The notes under the pieces: model-generated
What the model saw: the letters and a program-made list of their open reading frames with translations, nothing else
The model's database searches: none
What the model was told of the DNA's origin: nothing
Assembly (NCBI GenBank): GCA_946622165.1
Contig: CAMOPG010000001.1
Coordinates: 7,158 to 71,157, forward strand
Length of the DNA stretch: 64,000 nucleotides
From: an uncultured Erysipelotrichaceae bacterium
GTDB taxonomy: Bacteria > Bacillota_I > Bacilli_A > Erysipelotrichales > Erysipelotrichaceae
Reading direction: 5' to 3'
Part shown: in pieces, positions 55,937-64,000 of the stretch
Layout of the letters: each line of letters starts with the position of its first letter
Position numbering within the stretch: the first letter of the stretch is position 1
Position numbers and translations under genes: made by a program

Positions 55937-57526
55937 TTACAGAAGATCGGTAATTTCAATCTGCGGAATGACATTTGTTTTCCATCTGTTTACAGAAAGA
56001 CGGCCGAAGATACAGTGAGGCTGGCTGATTGCAGGAGATACCGACGCAAACAGGAGTCCGTCAAATCCGCCGCTCTGATTCAGGAAATGATAGCGTGTGA
56101 TCTTCGGTGATTCATAAATATCACGCACGACCAGATCTTCGATCGCAAACAGCGCGTCTCCGAGTTCTTTCGGAAGCGGTTCGAGCGCTTCCACATCGAG
56201 GATGTTTTCCAGTGTCATATCGTCAGAGCCGATCCGGATGGCAGTTTCTTCCTGTTCCCGGAATACGAAGCCGGCAGCGGCCATTTTTTCCTGAACATGT
56301 CTGCGGAATGAATCAAACGATTCTTCCCTGACGGAAAGTCCGACAGCCTGTTCGTGTCCCCCGAAGCTCTCCAGTTCCTCAAAGTCAGAGAAGAATTCAA
56401 ACATGTCGAATCCGGGTACGGAGCGTCCGCTTCCTTTGATCATGTCCCCGCTTTTTGCCATGACGAGCACCGGTCTGTGTTCTTTGTTGGCGATCTTTCC
56501 TGCCGCCAGACCGCAGATGCCTTCGTGGAAGTCTTCACGGAACAATACAGGCATCATGTCATCATCCAGCATATCCTCGCACTGTCTTGTCATGACCGCG
56601 GAAAGGTTCTTTCTGGTCTGATTGACATTGTCCAGCTGGCGGACATAGCTGTCGATCTGCTGCTGGTTTGTGCTCAGCAGAAACGGTACGAGCGTATTGA
56701 CATTCGACATGTCATTCATGCGTCCGACACTGTTGAGTTTCGGCACGATCTGGAATATCACGCTTGAGCGCGTTACATAGGATCCGTTGTACAGCATTGC
56801 GCTGACTGAGGGCAGTATACCCTGATTCAGCAGGTCCAGTCCCTTCCGCACGATACGGCGCGTCTGACGCCATAGCGGCATGACGTCGCCAAGCAGTGCA
56901 ATGGCGCATAATGCGGTATGCCTGTCCACTTCACCGAACAGGTTTCTTGAGATCTGCAGTACTACCCCTGCCCCGGAGAGATATGCGAATTCAGCTTCCA
57001 TATAATCCGGATGAACGACGAGGTCGGCCTTGACCTCCTGTTCGATCCTGTGGTGATCTGTGACGATCACGGGCACGCCGAGTTCATGGCATTTTTCGAC
57101 CGCCTCAAAAGCACTGACGCCGTTGTCGACCGTTATGATCAGACCATATCCTTTGCTTACGGCAAGTTCTACTGTTTCCGGCTTCAGTCCATAGCCTTCT
57201 TTGAAACGGTCCGGGATGTAATATCCGTTTTCAATGCCGAGCCTGTCCAGAATATCCTTCATGATCGCGGTAGATGTGATGCCGTCCGCATCATAATCAC
57301 CGCCGACAAATACTTTTGTATTGTTTTTCCTGCATTCCATCAGGATCTCGCAGCACTTTCTGACACATTCACTATGTGAGGTCAGGATATCTGTATCATG
57401 TGACAGGAGATCTTTGATCTGTTCATCATTCAGTCCTGCTGCACAGATCAGCTTTGCGGCAGGAGATGAGATACCGTACTTCTTTTCCAATTCACTGCTG
57501 TCTATGTTCAGTATTTTTTTCGTCAT
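55937..57526 (-). CDS. recJ: Single-stranded-DNA-specific exonuclease RecJ (short form, DHH/DHHA1)
   Basis: 529 aa with DYDADGITS, the DHH motif (VTDHH) and the DHHA1 GGH motif (FGGHEQAVG). The position before apt-relA matches Bacillus. Confidence 0.88.
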   Translation of the reverse strand: MTKKILNIDSSELEKKYGISSPAAKLICAAGLNDEQIKDLLSHDTDILTSHSECVRKCCEILMECRKNNTKVFVGGDYDADGITSTAIMKDILDRLGIENGYYIPDRFKEGYGLKPETVELAVSKGYGLIITVDNGVSAFEAVEKCHELGVPVIVTDHHRIEQEVKADLVVHPDYMEAEFAYLSGAGVVLQISRNLFGEVDRHTALCAIALLGDVMPLWRQTRRIVRKGLDLLNQGILPSVSAMLYNGSYVTRSSVIFQIVPKLNSVGRMNDMSNVNTLVPFLLSTNQQQIDSYVRQLDNVNQTRKNLSAVMTRQCEDMLDDDMMPVLFREDFHEGICGLAAGKIANKEHRPVLVMAKSGDMIKGSGRSVPGFDMFEFFSDFEELESFGGHEQAVGLSVREESFDSFRRHVQEKMAAAGFVFREQEETAIRIGSDDMTLENILDVEALEPLPKELGDALFAIEDLVVRDIYESPKITRYHFLNQSGGFDGLLFASVSPAISQPHCIFGRLSVNRWKTNVIPQIEITDLL

Positions 57527-58827
57527 AACTCAAACGCCAGCTTTCTGAAAATATCTCCACGTTCTTCGAAGTTTTTGAAATGATCATAGCTGCTTGCGGC
57601 CGGTGACAGCAGGCAGATATGGCCTTCTGATGTGACCTCGTAAGCCTTTCTGACAGCTTCCTTCAGGTCTTCTGCATAGTACATATGTTCATGTACCGTA
57701 TGTTCTGCCTGCATTTCTTCATAGACCCTTCTGCCTGAAGCGTACATGAAGATCACGTGCAGGTCTTTGCGCTCAGCCAGGTATTCGCGCAGATCTGTGT
57801 AATCGATCCCGCGGTCCATTCCGCCGATCAGAACACTGTCTGTCAGAGGCAGTGATTCCAGCGCTTTGATGCATGCCTGACCGATCGTTGAGATCGAATC
57901 ATCAACGAATCTGATCCCTTTGTGCACACCGAGATCCTGCAGTCTGTGAGCCAGCGGTTCAAAATCCCTGACGGCTTCCAGGAAGTCCGCATCTGAAACT
58001 CCGTACAGGTTATGTGCAGTTTCATAGGCTACTGCCAGATTGGTATAGTTATGAGCGCCGATCAGTTTTGTTTCCTTCACTTCCACTGAAGCATTTTCTG
58101 CATGCAGGATATTTCCATCGGCATAGATATCCTTTCCGATGATCAATGCATTCGGGCATTCCTTCTTCTGCTGTTCCAGCATATCGCCCAGCATCACGAT
58201 ATCCCCCGGTTTCTGGTACCGGTAAATGTGATTTTTCGCTTCTCCGTATGCTTCAAAACTTCCGTAGTGATCAAGATGTTCCTGGAAAAGGTTCAGATAG
58301 ACCGCTATATGCGGGGAGTATTCGGTATATTCCAGCTGGTGGCAGGATATTTCGAATACAGCAAGGTCCTCATCACCGAAATCATACAGCGCGTTGAAGC
58401 ACGGAATGCCGATGTTGCCGACCAGATGCACACGGTACTTTTTTGCCAGGGCAGCTGCGATCAGCGATGTCGTCGTTGATTTGCCTTTGGTGCCGGTAAT
58501 GCCGATCGTACGGTCTCCCAGATGTTTGAGAAACAGTTCTGTCTGTGAGCAGATATGTTCCGTTCCCATTCCGGGCTTCAGTACGATACCCGGTGATTTC
58601 ATGATCAGATCATAGCTGCCGAAGTCAGTCTCATCCTCACGGATGCACCTTGTATTGACAGTCGATCTGCGTGCGTCATCCAGCCCTTTTCCTCCATCCG
58701 TGATATCAAGCGGCAGATCCGGGCACAGATGGCGGATCCATTCATAGGTGGACTTTCCTTCCCTGCCGTATCCCCAGATCAGGATTCTGCGTCCTGCGAA
58801 TTCATCTGTCCATGTTTTCAGATTCAT
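57523..58827 (-). CDS. murD: MurD-type Mur ligase (UDP-MurNAc-L-Ala--glutamate ligase), atypical; possible MurD2
   Basis: P-loop GITGTKGKSTTTS and MurD-like layout. The ATG at 58827 (MNLKTW...) follows GGAGGAG and overlaps the upstream gene by 26 nt. Where canonical MurD has the DSKATN motif, this protein reads DDSISTIGQ. Confidence 0.8.
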   Translation of the reverse strand: MNLKTWTDEFAGRRILIWGYGREGKSTYEWIRHLCPDLPLDITDGGKGLDDARRSTVNTRCIREDETDFGSYDLIMKSPGIVLKPGMGTEHICSQTELFLKHLGDRTIGITGTKGKSTTTSLIAAALAKKYRVHLVGNIGIPCFNALYDFGDEDLAVFEISCHQLEYTEYSPHIAVYLNLFQEHLDHYGSFEAYGEAKNHIYRYQKPGDIVMLGDMLEQQKKECPNALIIGKDIYADGNILHAENASVEVKETKLIGAHNYTNLAVAYETAHNLYGVSDADFLEAVRDFEPLAHRLQDLGVHKGIRFVDDSISTIGQACIKALESLPLTDSVLIGGMDRGIDYTDLREYLAERKDLHVIFMYASGRRVYEEMQAEHTVHEHMYYAEDLKEAVRKAYEVTSEGHICLLSPAASSYDHFKNFEERGDIFRKLAFEL

Positions 58828-60187
58828 AATGGATCTCCTCCAGTTTTTCTCTGACCAGTTTCCGGTATTCTTCCGGCACGAGGTTGTCATCATTCCATGC
58901 ATTCAGGAGCCCGGTACGGTCACGGTAGTATTCATAATTCGGTGTCGAAGCATATTGGCGGTACAGCAGCGGAAGCTCCTTTCCTGCCTTCAGATGAGCC
59001 TTTACGGACATGCATACAGCAGTATTGATCTCTTCTCTCGAAGTACCTGCAGAGGATTGCATAACGGGTTCGTTCATGCCTGTCAGCTGTTCAAAAAGAT
59101 CCAGCATTCCGGGATCATTCAGCATATCCCTTCCGAAGACCGCGTTCAGCTGTGCATCGTCCAGGAATGCCGACAGCATGACTCCGACATACAGACATCT
59201 GCCGCAGTGCGTGCACCATGTCTCGGTCTTGGAGCCGACGTTGCAGGAACGGAACACCCTGTGGTACTGCCGGTAATTGCAGAAGATCCCTGTGATCTGA
59301 AGCTCGCTTAACGGTCTCAGCAAGGAGAAGCACATGATATCGCGGCTCAGATACGTCTCTGTGTAGGCGTGGAAGTCTTTCTCAAAACCAAAGGTTTTGG
59401 CATACATCTGGCCCAGTGCGTCATCGTCATCTTCTTCGCTGCCTGCTTCGATCGAAAGGCAGATATATTTCTTGCCGTAGACAACAGCCGTCAGATAGGC
59501 TGCGAATGCGGTGAGCGCGTTGAAGGGTGTCGTTCCGTTCAGATAGCCCTGCTTGTTGAAGTCAAGCATTCTGGCATCGAGTGTCCGTTCGGCAACGATC
59601 AGCCTGCTGCCCCGGTATCCGGCGGCTTCAGCGCTGTGTATAGCTGACATGACATGATTGATGACAAAGGCATGGTTTTCCTGTTTCATGGAAGACAGGA
59701 CTTCCAGGGATACAAAGGAATCCCTTCCGCCTCCGACCGGGATCAGGTTTCCGTGGTATGTGCGCGCGTCGGGTCTGCCTCCGATATTTCTGCCGGCCGA
59801 TCTCAGGTCCATAAACCCTTCCGGATCCGCAGTGATGCTGTTGGTCCGGAAAAAATCACGGAGTCCGTTGAAATACAGTTTTTTCCACCATCTGATCTGT
59901 GCTTCATCCAGATGACCTGCTTCAACGATCACCACAGGCGCGCATGTCAGTTTCCAATAGCTGACGAGCTCTGCAAGACCAAGCGAAAAAGCAGCTTCCC
60001 TGAACAGCTCCAGTTCCGCGGCACCGTCAGTGCCTTCCGGCTTCTGGATCAGGAACGAGGGATTGAAATGGGACAGGGATCCGATCTCAAAATCAAATCT
60101 CACCTGTATCTCATGTTCTTCTTCTATGATTTCATAATCATGATAATAGAAAACCGGATGCTGGAGTCTCAGGTCGTTGTAGTCCAT
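58802..60187 (-). CDS. Uncharacterised 461-aa protein with a PP-loop-like motif; candidate MurL-type epimerase
   Basis: No classical family recognised by eye. It has a GGGRDS motif (59717-59734) resembling the SGGxDS PP-loop of ATP pyrophosphatases, and a Cys cluster CNVGSKTETWCTHCGRC. Translationally coupled to the MurD-type gene. Confidence 0.5.
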   Translation of the reverse strand: MDYNDLRLQHPVFYYHDYEIIEEEHEIQVRFDFEIGSLSHFNPSFLIQKPEGTDGAAELELFREAAFSLGLAELVSYWKLTCAPVVIVEAGHLDEAQIRWWKKLYFNGLRDFFRTNSITADPEGFMDLRSAGRNIGGRPDARTYHGNLIPVGGGRDSFVSLEVLSSMKQENHAFVINHVMSAIHSAEAAGYRGSRLIVAERTLDARMLDFNKQGYLNGTTPFNALTAFAAYLTAVVYGKKYICLSIEAGSEEDDDDALGQMYAKTFGFEKDFHAYTETYLSRDIMCFSLLRPLSELQITGIFCNYRQYHRVFRSCNVGSKTETWCTHCGRCLYVGVMLSAFLDDAQLNAVFGRDMLNDPGMLDLFEQLTGMNEPVMQSSAGTSREEINTAVCMSVKAHLKAGKELPLLYRQYASTPNYEYYRDRTGLLNAWNDDNLVPEEYRKLVREKLEEIHYESENMDR

Positions 60188-60238
60188 ATGTCACACTCTT
60201 TTCATGTATGTTGTCTGTCACCAAAAGTATACAGCATT

Positions 60239-60907
60239 TCAGCACTGTCTGTTCCACTCTTCCAGAAGATCGATCACTTCTTTCAGGTCATGCCTTTCAT
60301 TCTGTATTTTTGCACGCATTGCTTCATCCGGTATGATCGTGTCCTGAATGAAGCAGGAATGCATGCCTGCGGCATCAGCCGCAAAGATCCCCTGTCTGCT
60401 GTCTTCCAGCACCAGACAGTGCTCGGGACTGATTCCGAGCTTTCCGGCTGCCGTCAGGAATATCTCAGGATCCGGCTTGGTTTTTGTGACCATATCCCCG
60501 CATATGATCTCGTCATATTTCAGACCGCCTGTTACCGTTGAAATCAGTGTTTCAACATAAGTTCTTCTGCTGGAAGAACAGATTGCGATCTTGTAGCCAT
60601 GTTCATTCAGCCAGGCAAACAGTTCTGTCAGTCCAGGTTTATTCAGGCCATCCGGCGCGTACTGTTTCCAGTATTCATTGTCAAAGCGCCTGCGTGAGCG
60701 GACACTGAACAGTTTGTCGAATCCGGGAATTGAATGGATGTATGCACGGTCTTCGTCACTTGATCCTCCGGTGATCCTGACAAAGAAATCCGGCGGAAGA
60801 GTTACTCCGCACTGTTCTGCCTCATCGGTCCACATCTGCTGTGAGATGCGTTCCGTATCGAACATCAGTCCGTCGCAGTCAAACAGTACAGCTTTGATCT
60901 CAGTCAT
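60239..60907 (-). CDS. HAD-superfamily hydrolase (beta-phosphoglucomutase-like subfamily IA)
   Basis: 222 aa with motif I FDCDGLMFDTE and a later S/T...K...D pattern. Confidence 0.85.
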   Translation of the reverse strand: MTEIKAVLFDCDGLMFDTERISQQMWTDEAEQCGVTLPPDFFVRITGGSSDEDRAYIHSIPGFDKLFSVRSRRRFDNEYWKQYAPDGLNKPGLTELFAWLNEHGYKIAICSSSRRTYVETLISTVTGGLKYDEIICGDMVTKTKPDPEIFLTAAGKLGISPEHCLVLEDSRQGIFAADAAGMHSCFIQDTIIPDEAMRAKIQNERHDLKEVIDLLEEWNRQC

Positions 60908-60955
60908 AATAGATACCTCTAAACAATGAGCGGCCGTTTCCGGCCGCTCTTAATA

Positions 60956-63244
60956 TTAAGCGTTGATTCCTTTGAACGTATACTCGTCAAGCTGTTCTTT
61001 TTCAGCCTTTTTCTTGGGCTTAGCCTTAGCTTTCGGCGTGTAGTGCGTACGGATGTACCACCATACAGCCGGAGCGACAAACAGTGAGGAGAACGTACCT
61101 GCGATCATACCGACCAGCATTGCAAAGTTGAATGTGAAGATCGATCTGCTTCCCAGTACAAGCAGGAAGATGACCGGCAGCAATGTTGAGATGGATGAGA
61201 AGATCGACATTCTGAATGTGCTGTTGAGCGCTTCGTTGACAATGTCGCTGTACTTCTTTTCGCTGAGGTGATCAGAATCTTTCACTGTTGAACGGACTCT
61301 GTCGAATACAACGATCGAGTTGTTGATCGAGTAACCGATGATCGTCAGCAGGACTGAGATCAGTTCGGTGTTGACTTCCAGACGCAGGATTGCGAATACA
61401 CTCAGGACCATGAATACGTCATGTACCAGAGCGATCAGGCATCCGAGTGCGTAATCCCATTCGTAGCGGAATGCGATGTATGCAAGCATTGCGATCCAGG
61501 CAACCAGTGTCAGGATGATCGCATTCTGAACAAGTTCCTTGCCTACGACCGGTGTAACAACGTTGTCGCCGGGTTCCTGGCCGTAGAGCTCAATGAATGT
61601 ATCTTTGATCTCGCTCAGCTGATCTGTTGTCAGTGATTCTTTTGTTGTCGCATAAACTGATGTATCGCCTGCAGACTGATATGTGAATGAGTTATAGCCC
61701 ATCGCTTCCATTTCAGTGCGGACTTCATCGACTGTGATCGCATTTTCGCTGGTCACTGTCAGTTTGGTACCTGAAGCGAAGTCAATGCCGAGGTTCATCA
61801 GGCCTTTGCCGCTGGCAGCGTTGAAGATAGACAATGCGACAGCTGCTACGAAGATGATCAGTGATGTACGGATCAGATACTTGGATTTGCCGAGGAAATC
61901 CTGTCTCTTGAAGCCGTAATAGAACTGCTCTTCGCCTTTTGCGAGATTCGGGATCTGTTCCGGTTTGACGCCGAACCATGTCGGTTTGTTGTCAGCCACG
62001 CCGGAATTGATGAACATATTCAGCAGCCATCTGGACAGTGCTACGTTGACGACCAGCGTCATGATGACAGTGATGACCAGCATTGTTGCAAAGCCTTTTA
62101 CAACGCCGTTTCCGAACCAGTACATGATCAGTCCGGCGATCAATGTTGTCAGCTGTGCATCAAGGATGGATGTGAAGGACAGCTTCTGACCTTCCGCTGC
62201 TGCGGAACGTACGGATCTGCCTTTATAAAGTTCCTGACGGATGCGTTCATAGGTGATGATGTTTGCGTCAACTGTCATACCGACACCAAGCACGAGAGCG
62301 CCGATGCCGGGCAGTGTGAATACAGCACCCATCAGAGCGTATGTTCCGAAGATCGCCCAGATATATGCCAGCAGCATGATTCCGGCGATGATTCCGGGTA
62401 CCCTGTACTGATAGATCATAAAGCAGATAACTGCAAGGACACCGAGCAGACCTGCCAGTGCGGTCGTGCGCAGTGCGTCGCTGCCGTACTGAGCGGAGAC
62501 AACGTTGGAGCTGATCTCAGTCATCTTTACGGGCAGAGAGCCTGAATTGATCAGGTTTGCCAGTGTTCTGGCTTCTGCTTCCGTGAAGTTGCCCTGAATG
62601 ATGCAGTCGCCGCTGATCTCGTTTCTGACGCTTGCGGCACTGATGTACTTGGGTTCTTCACCCTGGATCGACTTCTGAAGTTCTGCTTTGTATGTGTCGC
62701 CTTCTTCCCAGTCAAGCCAGATGATCATGATGTTTTCACCGTTTGTCATGGAAGAGACTTTTGATGTGATCTCGCCGAACTTTGACGCATCAGCGATCTT
62801 CAGGGATACGATCGGTCTGCCGTCCTGGTAAGCCAGTGAAGCGCCGCCTTCCTGTACGATCGATGAGTCGGACAGAAGTTCGTCATTGATATCACGGAAT
62901 GTCAGGTTAGCTGTTGTGCCGAGCATCTCACGTGCTGTTTCCTGATCGGCAACACCAGCCAGCTGTACTCTGACACGGTCAGTACCTTCAACCGTAATTT
63001 CCGGTTCGTTGACGCCGAGAACGTCTACTCTCTTCTGGATGCTGTTGATGACAGCAGTCATATCCAGATCCTGATTTTCGTTCAACGGCGAAACCTGATA
63101 CAAGATTTCGAATCCGCCCTGCAGGTCAAGGCCGAGATTCAGGCTGTTTCTGATCATTGAGAATGTGGATGCGATGAGAATCGCAATTACCGCAGCCACA
63201 GCGTAAATGCCGGTCAGCCCTCCCTTTTTCTTATTTGTTTCCAT
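60956..63244 (-). CDS. secDF: Protein translocase subunit SecDF (fused)
   Basis: 762 aa with two 6-TM halves and a large periplasmic-type loop. Contains LGLDLQGG and GIDFASGT motifs. Confidence 0.95.
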   Translation of the reverse strand: METNKKKGGLTGIYAVAAVIAILIASTFSMIRNSLNLGLDLQGGFEILYQVSPLNENQDLDMTAVINSIQKRVDVLGVNEPEITVEGTDRVRVQLAGVADQETAREMLGTTANLTFRDINDELLSDSSIVQEGGASLAYQDGRPIVSLKIADASKFGEITSKVSSMTNGENIMIIWLDWEEGDTYKAELQKSIQGEEPKYISAASVRNEISGDCIIQGNFTEAEARTLANLINSGSLPVKMTEISSNVVSAQYGSDALRTTALAGLLGVLAVICFMIYQYRVPGIIAGIMLLAYIWAIFGTYALMGAVFTLPGIGALVLGVGMTVDANIITYERIRQELYKGRSVRSAAAEGQKLSFTSILDAQLTTLIAGLIMYWFGNGVVKGFATMLVITVIMTLVVNVALSRWLLNMFINSGVADNKPTWFGVKPEQIPNLAKGEEQFYYGFKRQDFLGKSKYLIRTSLIIFVAAVALSIFNAASGKGLMNLGIDFASGTKLTVTSENAITVDEVRTEMEAMGYNSFTYQSAGDTSVYATTKESLTTDQLSEIKDTFIELYGQEPGDNVVTPVVGKELVQNAIILTLVAWIAMLAYIAFRYEWDYALGCLIALVHDVFMVLSVFAILRLEVNTELISVLLTIIGYSINNSIVVFDRVRSTVKDSDHLSEKKYSDIVNEALNSTFRMSIFSSISTLLPVIFLLVLGSRSIFTFNFAMLVGMIAGTFSSLFVAPAVWWYIRTHYTPKAKAKPKKKAEKEQLDEYTFKGINA

Positions 63245-63249
63245 TGATA

Positions 63250-63537
63250 CTACTTTCCTCCAATTACGTCTGAGAATTCTTCCAGACTGCTGCCGCGAGC
63301 CGCCGCAGCTTCCTTAGCCAGGAAACGGACGATATCCTCCGCTTTGACAGACAGGACATCGTTCACGGCAACATGCAGAGACCTAGGCGTTTTATCAGCC
63401 CAGAGATTTCTGCAGATATACTCTTCCAGATTGCGATACGTCAATGCAGGCAGACCGTCTCTCTGCAGGGACTGCAGTTTGATCACCATTGCCATCTGCA
63501 CCTGAATGTGATTCACATTAAAACGCTCGCTTCCCAT
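63250..63537 (-). CDS. Post-transcriptional regulator ComN-like small protein
   Basis: 95 aa, immediately upstream of secDF as comN (yrzD) is in Bacillus. Pattern L.Y..LE.Y....W. GGGAG Shine-Dalgarno sequence. Confidence 0.65.
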   Translation of the reverse strand: MGSERFNVNHIQVQMAMVIKLQSLQRDGLPALTYRNLEEYICRNLWADKTPRSLHVAVNDVLSVKAEDIVRFLAKEAAAARGSSLEEFSDVIGGK

Positions 63538-63615
63538 CTTTTTCTCCCGGTAACTTGTATATTATAGCAGAATCATCGCTTTTCCAATACAAATTCCTGA
63601 AGCACTTTTCCACAA

Positions 63616-64000
63616 TTACAGTGAATGATTTTCACAGATTCCTTTCAGGAGTGCGATGAATTCGTCTTCTGTTACCGTGATCTGTTCTTTTTCTCCGTAT
63701 TTGCGGTAAGTGACAGTGTTGTTTTCCTTTTCTTTGTCACCGAGCACCAGGGAATACGGGATCTTGTTTGTCTGTGCTTCTCTGATACGGTAGCCGAGTT
63801 TTTCGTTTCTGTTGTCATTGTGCACACGGAATCCTGCTTTTCTGAGGTCCAGTGCGACTTTCTGTGCATAGTCGTCATGTGCTTCAATGCTGACAGGGAT
63901 CAGATGGACCTGTGTCGGAGCGAGCCATGTCGGGAAGATGCCCTTTGTTTCTTCCAGCAGGAAGGCAACGAAACGGTCAATGGATCCGAGGATCGCTCTG
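63616..64000 (-). CDS. thrS: Threonine--tRNA ligase, C-terminal part (anticodon-binding domain); the N-terminus lies beyond the window end
   Basis: The frame stays open to the window edge. The reverse complement reads ...RAILGSIDRFVAFLLEETKGIFPTWLAPTQVHLIPVSIEAHDDYAQKVALDLRKAGFRVHNDNRNEKLGYRIREAQTNKIPYSLVLGDKE. The ORF-track M at 63825 is an internal GTG (Val). Confidence 0.9.
   Translation of the reverse strand, partial: RAILGSIDRFVAFLLEETKGIFPTWLAPTQVHLIPVSIEAHDDYAQKVALDLRKAGFRVHNDNRNEKLGYRIREAQTNKIPYSLVLGDKEKENNTVTYRKYGEKEQITVTEDEFIALLKGICENHSL

Overview
This 64-kb window is a chromosomal segment from a Firmicute. The gene order priA-rsmB-rlmN-PP2C phosphatase and comN-secDF...recJ-apt-relA-hisS-aspS is Bacillus/Clostridia/Erysipelotrichia-like. 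About 85% of the genes are on the minus strand, and many have 1- or 4-nt (ATGA) stop/start overlaps. The content is mostly housekeeping. It includes sufCDSUB, purC, PFOR (nifJ), murT/gatD, yhaM, relA, apt, recJ, secDF, hflKC, msrB, an ABC-F ATPase, an ABC-2 exporter with an XRE regulator, a MATE pump, a GH1 phospho-beta-glucosidase and a GH28 enzyme. There is one tRNA-Val(CAC). I saw no rRNA, CRISPR array, transposase, integrase or prophage genes. Reading the intergenic DNA by eye gave two T-box leaders. One precedes an orphan family-5 peptide-binding lipoprotein and the other precedes hisS-aspS. It also gave several good sigma-A promoters, many rho-independent terminators, and a roughly 150-nt stem-closed element downstream of aspS that could be a 6S-like sRNA. 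The most interesting coding observation is a translationally coupled pair inserted into the conserved secDF-recJ block. It consists of a 461-aa PP-loop-like protein of unknown function and an atypical MurD that lacks the canonical DSKATN D-Glu motif. This pair looks like the MurD2/MurL (L-Glu ligase plus ATP-dependent epimerase) route to D-Glu in peptidoglycan. Other items are a GT4 glycosyltransferase-RecX fusion, a RibD_C-UPF0158 fusion, a candidate DHAP-shunt cluster (PNP, MtnA-like isomerase, class II aldolase), a divergent FMN_dh-family protein lacking the catalytic Arg, and a small degenerate accessory patch (DUF3267, truncated SGNH hydrolase, mini-ORFs). All functional calls come from motif and architecture recognition by eye. 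No database search was run.
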